The notes: generated by a model not told the origin, from the letters alone. DNA of 64,000 bases from Bradymonadia bacterium (GCA_046290225.1 JBKAGE010000045.1:1-64000), one strand, 5' to 3'. Positions 26,616 through 36,474 are shown, numbered from the stretch's first letter. Program-made: numbers and translations.

Positions 26616-27350
26616 TCAGGGACCTTGCCAGCTGAACAGGTGGGGGCTTTTCCTCACTGCGGCGAGCCAGTCCACGCCATTGCACTCCACCCCCACAGCG
26701 CGTAGGTGCTCCAGCTTCCAGCTCCTGGGCTTCGATGCGTCACACCACCAGCTATCCCAGGCCGAAAACGGCACAGCGAAGACGGTGTGGCGCGCCACCG
26801 GCCACTCGATGCTGATGACGAGCAGACACACCGAGCCAAAGGGCATCTCCTCGTAGAAGCGGGTTCGCTGCTTTTCGCTAATGTTCGCTAACCTGAACGA
26901 AGGCTCGCTAAGACTGCCGTCGGCCTTCTTGGCACTGGGGCTGACGCTCTTTGCCTCAAGGCGCACGGCGCGCCCAGGGGCGATGACGCCCTCGAAGTCG
27001 GATAGCCCTGCCTGGGTGCACCGCATGCCTTCGTTGGTCTGCACGAAGGTCCCTTCGCGCTTTCGGATCAAAGCTACCCGCTGCGACTGATAGGCCTCGT
27101 GCTGGCTGCTCAGCGCTTCCTCGAGGGCCTTGCCCCGGCGCTCACCACGAGTGGAACCACCGCGGCGTGGGGTATTTTCTGGGCCAGTGGCGGCAGGGCG
27201 CCGACCACCCGGTGGCCGAGGGGCCCTGCGTCTGCCCTGCGGTGCGGGGGCACCCAGATCTGCCAGCTCTTGATGAGAGGGCCGGCGGTGTTTTCCACCT
27301 CCATGCTGCTCGAGCAGGCCTGCGAGATCTTCAGGTTTGATGCTCTTCAT
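26616..27350 (-). CDS. recU: RecU-like Holliday junction resolvase
   Basis: RGKALEEAL..Y..VALIRK..DFEG..LEAKS..ISEKQ. Confidence 0.75.
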   Translation of the reverse strand: MKSIKPEDLAGLLEQHGGGKHRRPSHQELADLGAPAPQGRRRAPRPPGGRRPAATGPENTPRRGGSTRGERRGKALEEALSSQHEAYQSQRVALIRKREGTFVQTNEGMRCTQAGLSDFEGVIAPGRAVRLEAKSVSPSAKKADGSLSEPSFRLANISEKQRTRFYEEMPFGSVCLLVISIEWPVARHTVFAVPFSAWDSWWCDASKPRSWKLEHLRAVGVECNGVDWLAAVRKSPHLFSWQGP

Positions 27351-27853
27351 CAGCTCATCGCCTTGTTGCCTGCTCGCGAGAGGATGGCCCAGCTCCTGTC
27401 GGACCGAGCCGCGCTGTCGATGTGGTAAATCTTGCTCACGCCCTGGCGTCGTAGCACCGCGGCCATGCCCGCTGAGATGCGCACCTGTCGCCCCGTCGAG
27501 GCGTCCTTGACCGTCGATGGCCCCTGGCCCGCAGGGGGGATAGTTGAGCCCCCTCCACCGCCGTTGCCGCCCCCGCCGCCATCTCCGCCGCCTCCCCGTG
27601 GGAAGATCATAGACATGGGCACTGTGAAGGTGCTCATCCAGCCCTGCACATCGCGGAAGAACTGGCCTGGGGTGCGGCTGTGAGCGTAGGCCACGGGGTG
27701 GATGCCGTAGCGCTGGGCCATCAGATGGAACAGCGCCTCAGGCTCGAGCCCACTCAGTGGGTCACCGGCTCCATCTTCTCCTGTGGCTTCGTCGAGACCT
27801 CCGTCGCCATCGCCGCCCGGACCCGGTCCACCAGGCCCTTGAGTAGTTTTCCC
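27350..27853 (-). CDS. tail assembly chaperone -1 frameshift extension (gpT-like)
   Basis: G GGA AAA at 27853-27847; the -1 frame stays open into ORF 27350..27721. Confidence 0.7.
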   Translation of the reverse strand, partial: GKTTQGPGGPGPGGDGDGGLDEATGEDGAGDPLSGLEPEALFHLMAQRYGIHPVAYAHSRTPGQFFRDVQGWMSTFTVPMSMIFPRGGGGDGGGGGNGGGGGSTIPPAGQGPSTVKDASTGRQVRISAGMAAVLRRQGVSKIYHIDSAARSDRSWAILSRAGNKAMS

Positions 27854-28353
27854 AGGGCGTCTGCGTTCGTGAGCTTGATGGCCTCGGTGACGATGTACTG
27901 TGCCTGAGGCACCGTGAGCTCGTCGCGCACGAAGGTGTGCAGCTCCTGGCTGATGATGTGCACGCCATCGATCTGCTCGGTGGTGGGGGGTCCGATGACC
28001 TCGGCCCGCTGGAGGATCGACACGTTCTCTTGGGTGTCGAGCAGGGCCGCGACGCCGTCGGCGATGATGTTCATGGCCCCGGGGCCCACCTCGCTCAGCA
28101 AGGCCTGCAGCGCCCCGACCAACTCGCCCGAGAGGGCCTCGCCGAAGCTCTTGACGTCGGAGCTCTTCATGAAGAACGACGCCACCCGCTTCGCCACCGG
28201 GGTCAGGTCCAGCTGAGCCAGAATCTTCTGCAGGCTGCCCACCTTCGCCAGGGTGGGCGTGCGCATGAACAGCACATGCCCACCCACCACCACCTGCACC
28301 TTCGCGGGCATCAGGCTCTTCAGGACGTCAGGGAGTTCGGTTCCGTTGATCAT
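27754..28353 (-). CDS. tail assembly chaperone (gpG-like)
   Basis: AGGAG RBS; slippery heptamer near the 3' end; late motif upstream. Confidence 0.7.
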   Translation of the reverse strand: MINGTELPDVLKSLMPAKVQVVVGGHVLFMRTPTLAKVGSLQKILAQLDLTPVAKRVASFFMKSSDVKSFGEALSGELVGALQALLSEVGPGAMNIIADGVAALLDTQENVSILQRAEVIGPPTTEQIDGVHIISQELHTFVRDELTVPQAQYIVTEAIKLTNADALGKLLKGLVDRVRAAMATEVSTKPQEKMEPVTH

Positions 28354-28384
28354 CGTGCTTGCTCCTCTTGTATGGGTGAGGGCG

Positions 28385-28416
28385 AGCGTAGGCAGGTGCG
28401 ACCGGTGGCGGCGAAA
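28385..28416 (-). promoter_or_regulatory. shared late-promoter-like motif, copy 5
   Basis: TTTCGCC-N19-TACGCT. Confidence 0.6.
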
Positions 28417-28563
28417 GAGGGATCTGCAGGTTGGCCAGATCTGGCCGGGTGCGTCGCGACTCATCACGCGAATGGGGGAGCACCTCGCACGATGATGGAG
28501 GTGTCAGGCAGACAGCAGGTTTACGGGGCCTGTCTGGCACGTGCAGCAACACGCACAACTCTG

Positions 28564-28615
28564 GGCCAGATGGAGACGGCGACCCCCTGACCGCCATCCC
28601 ATCTGGCCTTTTTTT
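28564..28615 (+). terminator. intrinsic terminator-like hairpin
   Basis: GGCCAGATGG...CCATCTGGCC plus T7. Confidence 0.6.
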
Positions 28616-28636
28616 GTGGGCACAGGGCGATGCAAC

Positions 28637-28966
28637 TCAAAGGGGCACACCCAGCGCCTCTGCCACGGCCTCTGCGGCCCAGAAGGCTCGCCCCCAGTCT
28701 GGCCCCAGGTTTGCCAGAAACCCTGCCTCAAAGGCCGTCACCGGGCCCCATCCAGCGTTGAAACCCCAGTGCGGCTCAGGGTCGAGGGTAAGCACCACGT
28801 CGATGGGGCTGTCCAGCTTCGACCACAGCTGGCGTATCTCCCAGAGGTCGGACCAGAGCACCTGCTCTCCTGGGCCAGGGTCAAGGGCGGTGAGCAGCAG
28901 GCGCAGGGCCTGGGCGAGTTCGGGGTCGGTGGGTGTGCTGTTGGGGATCGGGCTCTCGGTCTTCAA
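28637..28966 (-). CDS. hypothetical protein
   Basis: 109-aa ORF with GGAG upstream. Confidence 0.5.
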   Translation of the reverse strand: MKTESPIPNSTPTDPELAQALRLLLTALDPGPGEQVLWSDLWEIRQLWSKLDSPIDVVLTLDPEPHWGFNAGWGPVTAFEAGFLANLGPDWGRAFWAAEAVAEALGVPL

Positions 28967-29034
28967 GACGGCTTCTCCAGCTTTGGTTCTACTGGATGGG
29001 TACGCCTGGGCACCTCGAAAGCATTCCGGGAATT

Positions 29035-29451
29035 TTAGTCGGCGAGCCAGGGCTGGGGATCTTCAGTCGGGAGTGCACGCTCTTCGTCGGTGAGCGGCTC
29101 ATCCATCCACGGGTCTGGATCATCTGCATGGGCCTGGAGGGTGCAGATGATGAGCAGCCACCTCACGTAGGGCGCCGATCGATCGAATGGGATGGGCTCC
29201 TCGATGCCCGCGGTCTTGTCTGTGGCGTGGTCCATGTGGAACCACTCGATGAGGCCAGTTGGCGTGACATCGAGCAGGAAGCTGTGGCCCGAACACGTCC
29301 ATGAGAGCGACACACACCCGTCTTCGCCAGGCAGCGCCGATGGCAAGCGTATCCCTACCTCCTGCAGCGCCTGCACGATGTCGCGCACGGCCTCCCACTG
29401 GGCGAAGCCATGCTCCTGCAACTCGTTGATGAAGGTGTTCCATTGCTCCAT
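29035..29451 (-). CDS. hypothetical protein
   Basis: GGAG RBS before MEQWNT; acidic globular composition. Confidence 0.6.
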   Translation of the reverse strand: MEQWNTFINELQEHGFAQWEAVRDIVQALQEVGIRLPSALPGEDGCVSLSWTCSGHSFLLDVTPTGLIEWFHMDHATDKTAGIEEPIPFDRSAPYVRWLLIICTLQAHADDPDPWMDEPLTDEERALPTEDPQPWLAD

Positions 29452-29627
29452 GCTGACGACTCCACTTGCGGTACAGCCAAGACCTACCAAGACCATTTCG
29501 CATCAGCCGAAACTTGACGGGTGACTCATTTAATGAGGCGAGTGTCAAAAAAATGACGAACTCTCTTGAACGGCGCACGTGAACCAAATGACAATGGTTT
29601 TCACCCGGGGGGGATTTGGAGGACACG

Positions 29628-29978
29628 ATGCATAGAAGAATGACTCTGCTTGTTGCTTCCGCCTTCACGCTCAGCTTGCTGGCTTTGCCTGCCTTCGGTT
29701 TGGAAGGTGAGGCGCAGGTTGTGGCCGTTGAAGCAGGTTCTGGTGGCTCGAGCGGCTCTGGTGGCTCGAGCGGCTCTGGTGGCTCGAGCGGCTCTGGTGG
29801 CTCGAGCGGCTCTGGTGGTTCGGTGGGCCCGCGGACTCCACGGCAGCCTCGGCAGCCACGTCAACCTCGCCAGCCTCGAAAGCCCCGAGAGCCTCGGAAA
29901 CCCAAGGTGAAGCCTGTTCCTCAGCCCTCCCCACTCACTGTCCCTGCACCGAAGGATTGGCCGCCTCCCAGAGAGTAG
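29628..29978 (+). CDS. secreted low-complexity protein
   Basis: GGAGG RBS, signal peptide, (GSGGSS)4 and (PRx)n repeats. Confidence 0.65.
   Translation: MHRRMTLLVASAFTLSLLALPAFGLEGEAQVVAVEAGSGGSSGSGGSSGSGGSSGSGGSSGSGGSVGPRTPRQPRQPRQPRQPRKPREPRKPKVKPVPQPSPLTVPAPKDWPPPRE
29739..29818 (+). repeat. 18-bp perfect tandem repeat x4 (plus partial)
   Basis: TCTGGTGGCTCGAGCGGC. Confidence 0.95.
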
Positions 29979-29981
29979 GCT

Positions 29982-30215
29982 CTATGGCGGCCAGACCGTG
30001 CCATCTGACATCCTCGTGCCCCTGAGGAGCTCGTGCTCCTCCTCGGAGACGTGCTCCAGCCACTTCGGGGGCTCTCTTGCCGGCGCAGAGCCCGCGTTGC
30101 TCTGCTCATCACGAGGAACTGGTGGGCGCAGTGTCTTGGGGCGTGTGGACACAAATGTCTCCTGGCTGCGCTTGCTGGGCCGAGTGGGCGGCCTTGTCTT
30201 GGGTCGTGTGCTCAT
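29982..30215 (-). CDS. small hypothetical protein coupled to tape measure
   Basis: ATGA overlap with tape measure stop; STRPKT duplicated. Confidence 0.45.
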   Translation of the reverse strand: MSTRPKTRPPTRPSKRSQETFVSTRPKTLRPPVPRDEQSNAGSAPAREPPKWLEHVSEEEHELLRGTRMSDGTVWPP

Positions 30216-33200
30216 TTGTTCTTCTTCGCGAGCACCTGTCCGAACGGCACCTGCCCCTCATCGTCGAGCCCTTGGCGTAGCCCATTCACCGGCTGCTTGA
30301 GGCTCACCGACACAGCCCCCACCATCTGCCGGAGAAGCGCTGCAGCGGCACCGTCCCGGGCGTTGAGCACGACCTCGGCGACCATGGGCCCACCCTGCGG
30401 CGACACCCCCTGGTTCAGCAGGGCCACGCCATTGGGCCCGCCCGCCGCCGGCACGCCCCGATCACGGTTGAGCACAGCCTCTCCGGCCTGCAACACCGCG
30501 GGCACGTCATCGCGCTGCAGCGGCTGCACACCCGCCACCGCCTGCCGCACGATGCTGCCCAGGCTCAGCCCCGACACCATGCCACCGCCGTTGAAGGCCG
30601 GGGCCCCCAACGCCTGCATCATCGCCGCCGCCTGCACGTTGCGCCCTCGAGCGGGAATCATGCCCCCCGTGTGGAACCCGAGGAACTTACGGACGCCTCG
30701 CACCGCGCCCCCGACGATGCCGCCATCCTTGCCGCCCAAGCTGGTCAGGCTCTTGATCCGGGCGATGATCTCGTTGAACAGATTCTTGAGGCCTTCGGTG
30801 AAGAACTTGGCGATCCCCTGGAAGATCCCCACGAGGGCTCGGCCCAGGCCCTTCACGATGCCCGAGATCACCCGCGGTACCAGGGCGATGAGGGCACCCA
30901 CCAGCCTCGGGAGCTGTGCGATCAGCGAGCCCACGATCTCAGGCGCCTTCGCGATGAGGGCCCCGACGATCTCACCGGCGCCGGCGATCAACTCCTCGAT
31001 GATGAGGGGCAAGTTATCCAGGAACGTCGAGATCACCGCGGGGATCGCATCGGCGAAGGCATCGATGATCTCGGGGATCCCCTGCGCCAGCGCCTTGAAG
31101 AGCCCCGGCAGCGCTTCGACGATGGTCTCCAAGAAGGCCTGCACCATCGAGGGCAGGGCTCGGAGCTGACCGACGATGCCGTTGATCACCGCCTCGACAA
31201 CGAGGGGGATGGCCTTGCCCAGCGCACGGATGATCCGAGGTAGGGCCCGGGCCGCGGCGTTGACCAGGCCAGAGACCAGGGCCGGAAGGCGACGGGCGAT
31301 CCTCGGGATCAGCTGCGCCAGAGCATCACCCACGTTCGCGACGATCTCTGGCAGCGCCCGTACGATGGCGTCGAGGGCCCGCCCCGCGAACTCTGGCAGC
31401 GCCTGCGCCAGGGCACGTGCCGTCTCAACGACGCGCTCCAGCTCACGCCCAAAGCGCTCGCCCGCCCTGGCTCCACGCTGGCCCTGTGCAAGCCGGCTCT
31501 CCTCGAGGGCGATGCGTCGCTCCTCCCGTGCTGTGCTCAGCTGTCGATCCAGATCGCTGACTTGGCCATCGTTGCCAACGTTTGCCGCGGCCTGGCGCCG
31601 GCGCTGCAGCCGATCGATGCGGCGCTCGAGGGTATCGACGGCGCGATCTTCATCAGTGGGCGCTGTGAGCTCGCGCAGCCCGGCCCCCAGTGCTGTGCGA
31701 ATGCCCTGGAGCGGTGATGCTGCGGCGCGGAGGATGGGACCCACGAGGCCCTGTACGAATCCCAGCACCGCCGACGACGCTGCCTGCAGCCCCGAGATGG
31801 CGCCCTCGAGCAGGAACATCCCGGCCTTCTTTAGCTCCTCCCCGTATTTGCCCACGAGCGCGGTGACGCCGGCAGACAGCCGGCCGAACGTCGATGAAAA
31901 AAAGCCACCCGTGAACTCGTCGATGAACTGCGCCGCAGCTGAGATGCCACTGCCGATCCCGCTGACCCCTGCCGAGATGCCGTTCTTGATCCCGCCCGCC
32001 ACCTCGGAGACAGCTTTCGCGAATGTCCCCAGCGCTTCGTCCCCCCCGAGGCTCACAGCCTCGAAGAAATCGACAGTTGCACCCGACACTCCTGAGCCCA
32101 GACTGGAGAAAAATCCCGCGGTGAGGTCATCGGCAATGCTGAGCGCCTCTTGCACCTCTTGCCCCAGCCCCCCAGATGCATCAGCAGCAGCACCTCCCGA
32201 GAACGCCTCTTGGAAGCTCTGCCCGATCCTCTTCGCCGCTTCGATACTCAGCGTTGCAAGCTGGGCTTGCTCTTCGAGGCGGCGGTTGTTGACCTCGCGC
32301 AGCCGCCCATCACGTTCCACCTCGATTGCCTCGATGTCAGCGTCGAGTTTCTGCCGGATGGCCGCCTGCAGCTCTGCACTGCCCTTGGCCTCGGTGATCT
32401 CAGCCTGGGCCGTTTCCCGTGCCAACTGAATCTGAACTGCAGCCGTCTTCTCAATCAGTCCTTGCTCTGTATCGCTCAGCCCTATCGCTTCTTCCAGGCG
32501 TGCACCCTTCAACGCTGCGAGCTGGGCCTCGGTCTGGCCCTGGCGCTGGAGTGCCGCGATCTCACCCGCGCTCAGCTCCAGCGACTCCCGGCGTAGATCC
32601 AGTGCGTCTTGGGCGTTCTCCAAGGCCTGGAGAGCCGCTTCGCCCCTCAGGCGCGCTACTTCGTTGGCACGACCAGTCCCCTCATCTTTGTCTTTGCCTT
32701 TATCTGCTCCCGAGCCACCTTGGGTGCTGTCGGGAAGAGGCGGGCCCTGCTCGGTGATGGTCTGTGCTTGGAGGACCTGAACGCGCTTTCGTCCCACGGT
32801 CAGTTCATCAACGGCCTTGTTGAGCTGCTCCTGGGCCTTCTCCAGCTCTGCCTGTACACGTGCATTGGCTTGGCGGCGCTGCTCGATTTCACCGATTTGA
32901 GCCCGGATATTTGGTGTGCGCTTCTCCTCTTCATCAAGCAGCCTGTCCAGCTGAGCTTGTGTCGCAGCCTGCCCGCCATCTCCAAGCCTGGGATCAAACC
33001 TCTGCTCTCTGAGCCGTACGATCTCATCGATACGGCTGCCGCTCGGGACCGCCTGTACCTGAGACTTGAGGGCGTTCACGCGGTCTCGTGCTTCCTGGAT
33101 GGCACGCTCAAAGGCAGGCAAGCTCTGCTCGGCTCGGTTCAAACTGTCAGCAATGTTGGCGAGGCCATCGAAAGAGCCTGCAGCCTCTGAGAGTGGCTGC

Positions 33201-35197
33201 GACTCCTCCTTTCGGAAAGCTGCATCCGTGGGGGCCACTCGAAGCCCTCTGCGGACCTCATCCTCGAACTGGCGTTGCTCCTCTGCATTGGCGAAGCCAA
33301 GGTCTTTGGCCACTTTCTCAGCTGCAGCACTTGCTGCCTTCGTCGATCGTTCGATGGCCGCCCGGCCAGATGCTCCTTCGATTATCTTGTCGACGATCAA
33401 GGCCCCCAGCGATACGGCCAAGCCGAGAATTGAAGGACTCTTGAGCAGGCCGACAAGCACCCCCTTCAGACCGCCCTTCACTCGCTGCAGCTTGCCCCTG
33501 AAGCCATCTGCCCACGCAGTGCCTGCATTGGAGCCTCCTCGAGCAGCAGCCCGGGTATTCTCAAAGGTCTCCTTGACGATTTTTCCGAACTTCGTGAAGG
33601 CGACCGCAGCTGCGAGGATCCTCTTCGCAGCGAACATCGTGCCGAAGAAAAGCAAGATCTGAGGCCCGGCACTGGCAATCAGTCGAGCCACTCCCGTGAG
33701 AATTCTCAGCACAGTCTCGAAGAAGTCGCCGATCTCCTCCTTGTTGTTGTTGAGCGCTTCGCCAAAGTCCTCGATGAAACTGCGCAGAGGGCCGAAGCCT
33801 TTTTGGCCCACGGATACCAGGGCCGATTGCACTTGGCTCTTCAGTATTTTCAGTAGGCGGCCAAAGTTACCCTCCATCTTTTGCAGAGCACGGTCTGTGG
33901 CCCCGGTGGATTGGGCGACACCTTGGATCGCCTTTTCGTAGGTGGCGCCTCCATTCTTGGAGAGAATCAAAGCACCCACGAGCGCGCGGACGTTGGGGAA
34001 CAACTCAGCGATTCGATCTGCGCTCTGCCCAGTTGCACCGGCAATCTCTTGCAGCACACCAACGAGCCCCTTCGAGCGAAACGCCGACTCTCCAATCTCG
34101 ATCCCCATCCGCTCGAATTCCTCGCGCACCCCTTGGCTGGGGCGGGCAAGGGCGAGGATTGTGCTGCGCAGTTGGGTCACCGCCTCGTTGGTGCTGAGGC
34201 CCGTCTTGGTCATCGCGGCGAGGGAGCCGAGCAACTCGTCGAGAGAGATACCGAAGCTCTGGGCCACAGGCACAACCCGCGACAACGAGCCAGCCAGCTC
34301 AGGCAAAGTCGTAATGCCTTGCTTGACCGTGGCGAAGAGCTTGTCGGAGACGTCGGCGGCCGTGAGGCCCTCGTCAGAGTAAGTGTTCAGTATCGACGCA
34401 AAGAGACGCACGGTCTCCTCGGTCTCACCCAGCCCGGCTTCCGCAGCTCGCACGGCCTGGGTGAGCACGTCCATCGCTCCCCCGGCGCCTTCGGTGGCGG
34501 GGATACCAGCAGAGATGGTCTGGTAAAGGCCGCGCGTGACGTCCAGCAGTTCTTTCGATGTCGTTTCCGAGAGTTTGAGCAACTGGCCTCGGTAGCGCTC
34601 GATGGGCACGGTGCCCTCGTCAAGGAGGGTGTTCACCTGCGCGAGGCCCTCATCGAATGACGCAGCGAAGGTGACCGCTTTCTTCCCAGCGGCTCCAGCT
34701 GTGGAAGCTGCCACCAGCAGACCCAGGGCCCCAGTGACGGATTTGATCTTCGAGACCAGGCCATCAGCTACGCGCTCAATGCGGCCCCCGAGTCGATCAA
34801 AGGCGCCAGCGACCCCCCTCGAGGCCTTGTTGGCTTCTTTTGGGAGGTCCTGGAAGCCTTGCCCGGCCTTCTTCCCAGCCTTCGCGGTCTTGTCCGAGGC
34901 GCGTTGAGCCGCCGTCGCAGTCTTGCCCATCGCTGCAGCCGTTGCCGTGGCGGATTTTTGGGCCTCCGTTGCGGCAATCTTGTGGGCCGTTCCCTGAGCC
35001 TTCAGCGCGGCCACTGTCTTCTTTGAGCTTTGGCGTGTCACCGCCTCGATCTTCAGGAGATCGCTCGCGATCTTGCGCTGGGCTTTCTCTGCGTTCTCCG
35101 CGAGCTCACGTACGGCCTTCGAGGCGCGCAGCACGCCTTGGACGAATTTCTGGGTCGATGCAGCAAGCCGCAGCGTGGGGATACTCTGGGTGGTCAT
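30212..35197 (-). CDS. tail tape measure protein (TP901-type core)
   Basis: FDEGLAQVNTL..GLYQTISAG..LFATVKQGITT core, long helical repeats, C-terminal FHTGG..DDVPAVLQAGEAVL. Confidence 0.92.
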   Translation of the reverse strand: MTTQSIPTLRLAASTQKFVQGVLRASKAVRELAENAEKAQRKIASDLLKIEAVTRQSSKKTVAALKAQGTAHKIAATEAQKSATATAAAMGKTATAAQRASDKTAKAGKKAGQGFQDLPKEANKASRGVAGAFDRLGGRIERVADGLVSKIKSVTGALGLLVAASTAGAAGKKAVTFAASFDEGLAQVNTLLDEGTVPIERYRGQLLKLSETTSKELLDVTRGLYQTISAGIPATEGAGGAMDVLTQAVRAAEAGLGETEETVRLFASILNTYSDEGLTAADVSDKLFATVKQGITTLPELAGSLSRVVPVAQSFGISLDELLGSLAAMTKTGLSTNEAVTQLRSTILALARPSQGVREEFERMGIEIGESAFRSKGLVGVLQEIAGATGQSADRIAELFPNVRALVGALILSKNGGATYEKAIQGVAQSTGATDRALQKMEGNFGRLLKILKSQVQSALVSVGQKGFGPLRSFIEDFGEALNNNKEEIGDFFETVLRILTGVARLIASAGPQILLFFGTMFAAKRILAAAVAFTKFGKIVKETFENTRAAARGGSNAGTAWADGFRGKLQRVKGGLKGVLVGLLKSPSILGLAVSLGALIVDKIIEGASGRAAIERSTKAASAAAEKVAKDLGFANAEEQRQFEDEVRRGLRVAPTDAAFRKEESQPLSEAAGSFDGLANIADSLNRAEQSLPAFERAIQEARDRVNALKSQVQAVPSGSRIDEIVRLREQRFDPRLGDGGQAATQAQLDRLLDEEEKRTPNIRAQIGEIEQRRQANARVQAELEKAQEQLNKAVDELTVGRKRVQVLQAQTITEQGPPLPDSTQGGSGADKGKDKDEGTGRANEVARLRGEAALQALENAQDALDLRRESLELSAGEIAALQRQGQTEAQLAALKGARLEEAIGLSDTEQGLIEKTAAVQIQLARETAQAEITEAKGSAELQAAIRQKLDADIEAIEVERDGRLREVNNRRLEEQAQLATLSIEAAKRIGQSFQEAFSGGAAADASGGLGQEVQEALSIADDLTAGFFSSLGSGVSGATVDFFEAVSLGGDEALGTFAKAVSEVAGGIKNGISAGVSGIGSGISAAAQFIDEFTGGFFSSTFGRLSAGVTALVGKYGEELKKAGMFLLEGAISGLQAASSAVLGFVQGLVGPILRAAASPLQGIRTALGAGLRELTAPTDEDRAVDTLERRIDRLQRRRQAAANVGNDGQVSDLDRQLSTAREERRIALEESRLAQGQRGARAGERFGRELERVVETARALAQALPEFAGRALDAIVRALPEIVANVGDALAQLIPRIARRLPALVSGLVNAAARALPRIIRALGKAIPLVVEAVINGIVGQLRALPSMVQAFLETIVEALPGLFKALAQGIPEIIDAFADAIPAVISTFLDNLPLIIEELIAGAGEIVGALIAKAPEIVGSLIAQLPRLVGALIALVPRVISGIVKGLGRALVGIFQGIAKFFTEGLKNLFNEIIARIKSLTSLGGKDGGIVGGAVRGVRKFLGFHTGGMIPARGRNVQAAAMMQALGAPAFNGGGMVSGLSLGSIVRQAVAGVQPLQRDDVPAVLQAGEAVLNRDRGVPAAGGPNGVALLNQGVSPQGGPMVAEVVLNARDGAAAALLRQMVGAVSVSLKQPVNGLRQGLDDEGQVPFGQVLAKKNK

Positions 35198-35222
35198 AGA
35201 CGCCTCCAAGGAGAGAGGCGTC

Positions 35223-35254
35223 AGGATGGGTTACGGGCTTCCTGAAGGGCTAAA
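35223..35254 (-). promoter_or_regulatory. shared late-promoter-like motif, copy 6
   Basis: TTTAGCC-N19-CATCCT. Confidence 0.6.
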
Positions 35255-35280
35255 CAGGACAACGTCCGTGATGGATGGAT

Positions 35281-36474
35281 TCAGTCACTGAGAATCGAAA
35301 ACAGCACGACGACCGCAAAGCTGCTGGTTTCTTCGCTCACCAGTGATGGGAGGTTGAGATCCTCAAAGCCTTGAATCAAGCGTAACCCGATCCCAAATCC
35401 AGCTCGACCGAGATCCAATCCCCCACCTAAAACAGCGCTGAAGTCTCGTTCTGAGATGTCCTCGGAGGTGATGGATGCAGATGTGCGGAACTTTTGCGCC
35501 AACAGCCATGCCATTTCAGCTCCAGCACAAACATAAAACGAATCTTTCGTAATGTACCCATCCCGTTTCGTACCAAAATCGTACCTGATGAGTCCTTGAG
35601 TGATGATGTAGTTGAATTCGGCTGTAGAGTCCTCAAACTCTGCCAGAGAGTGCTTACCTCCTCGTGGCGTATACCCAGCTTCAAGATGAAGCCCCAGACC
35701 GAAGTCAGTTTTGAAAATCCCTCCGACAGTACCGAAGAATCGAGTGAAACCCTCCTCTTGTTGAGAGGAGTTGAAGTCTCTCTCACTGCTAAGGCCAGAC
35801 GAGTGTATTTCCGAATAAGAAACCCCCAAATTTAGCACTATTTGAATGCCAAATGAACCAGATTTTAGCCCAAGTCTAGACTCTCTCAGCCTGTCTTTGT
35901 CATTAGAGAGAATTTGTTGTTCTTCATCTGAGAGAGCGTTTGATGTTGGAGGTGGCTTTGGTGATTGGTTGCCATTGCCCTCCAAGTCATTCTGAGGGTG
36001 GCGCAAGGGCTTGAGTAGCCTTGAGACCGCTTCCTTGATGGGGTCTTCAAGCTCAAGGAGTCGAGTAGCGGTAGCGATCTCCTGGCCTTGCAGAGCTGAG
36101 GATTCTGTATCGTAGAGCCGAACCGAGAACTTCAGGCTTCCATCAAATCTAATGACCTCGCCTGTCAAAACATAAGAAGCTCCGATGTTGCGACCCGTCT
36201 CTACCTCACATCCGCCTTCGCAGCTTGCTAGGTCAACACCAGGAGGTAGCATCTCGAGGATATTCTCCCGGGTCATCACCAAATATGTCGACTGGTCGAG
36301 GTTGAGCGCCTCGCCTCGGACTAAATTGGCCAGATAGTCGACCTCTGCCTGATTCAGGCCTGCAGCATTCGCGAACTCCAAGACTGCAATTCGCTTCTTT
36401 GAAGCTGCAGCAGATGATGTCGTGAATATCTGCGCCCACATCAGAGGGATGCATAGAAGCAGGAATCTAGCCAT
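35281..36474 (-). CDS. AT-rich exported protein: CsgG/TolB-N-like domain plus outer-membrane beta-barrel
   Basis: signal peptide; IAVLEF..CEGGCEVETGRNIGA..GEVIRF..VRLYDT; amphipathic beta-strand C-half. Confidence 0.65.
   Translation of the reverse strand: MARFLLLCIPLMWAQIFTTSSAAASKKRIAVLEFANAAGLNQAEVDYLANLVRGEALNLDQSTYLVMTRENILEMLPPGVDLASCEGGCEVETGRNIGASYVLTGEVIRFDGSLKFSVRLYDTESSALQGQEIATATRLLELEDPIKEAVSRLLKPLRHPQNDLEGNGNQSPKPPPTSNALSDEEQQILSNDKDRLRESRLGLKSGSFGIQIVLNLGVSYSEIHSSGLSSERDFNSSQQEEGFTRFFGTVGGIFKTDFGLGLHLEAGYTPRGGKHSLAEFEDSTAEFNYIITQGLIRYDFGTKRDGYITKDSFYVCAGAEMAWLLAQKFRTSASITSEDISERDFSAVLGGGLDLGRAGFGIGLRLIQGFEDLNLPSLVSEETSSFAVVVLFSILSD

Noticed and set aside
16737..32429. Long antisense ORFs (e.g. 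16737-18167, 22895-23887, 24388-25554, 31176-32429)
   Set aside because: Shadow frames of high-GC genes with clear products on the opposite strand.
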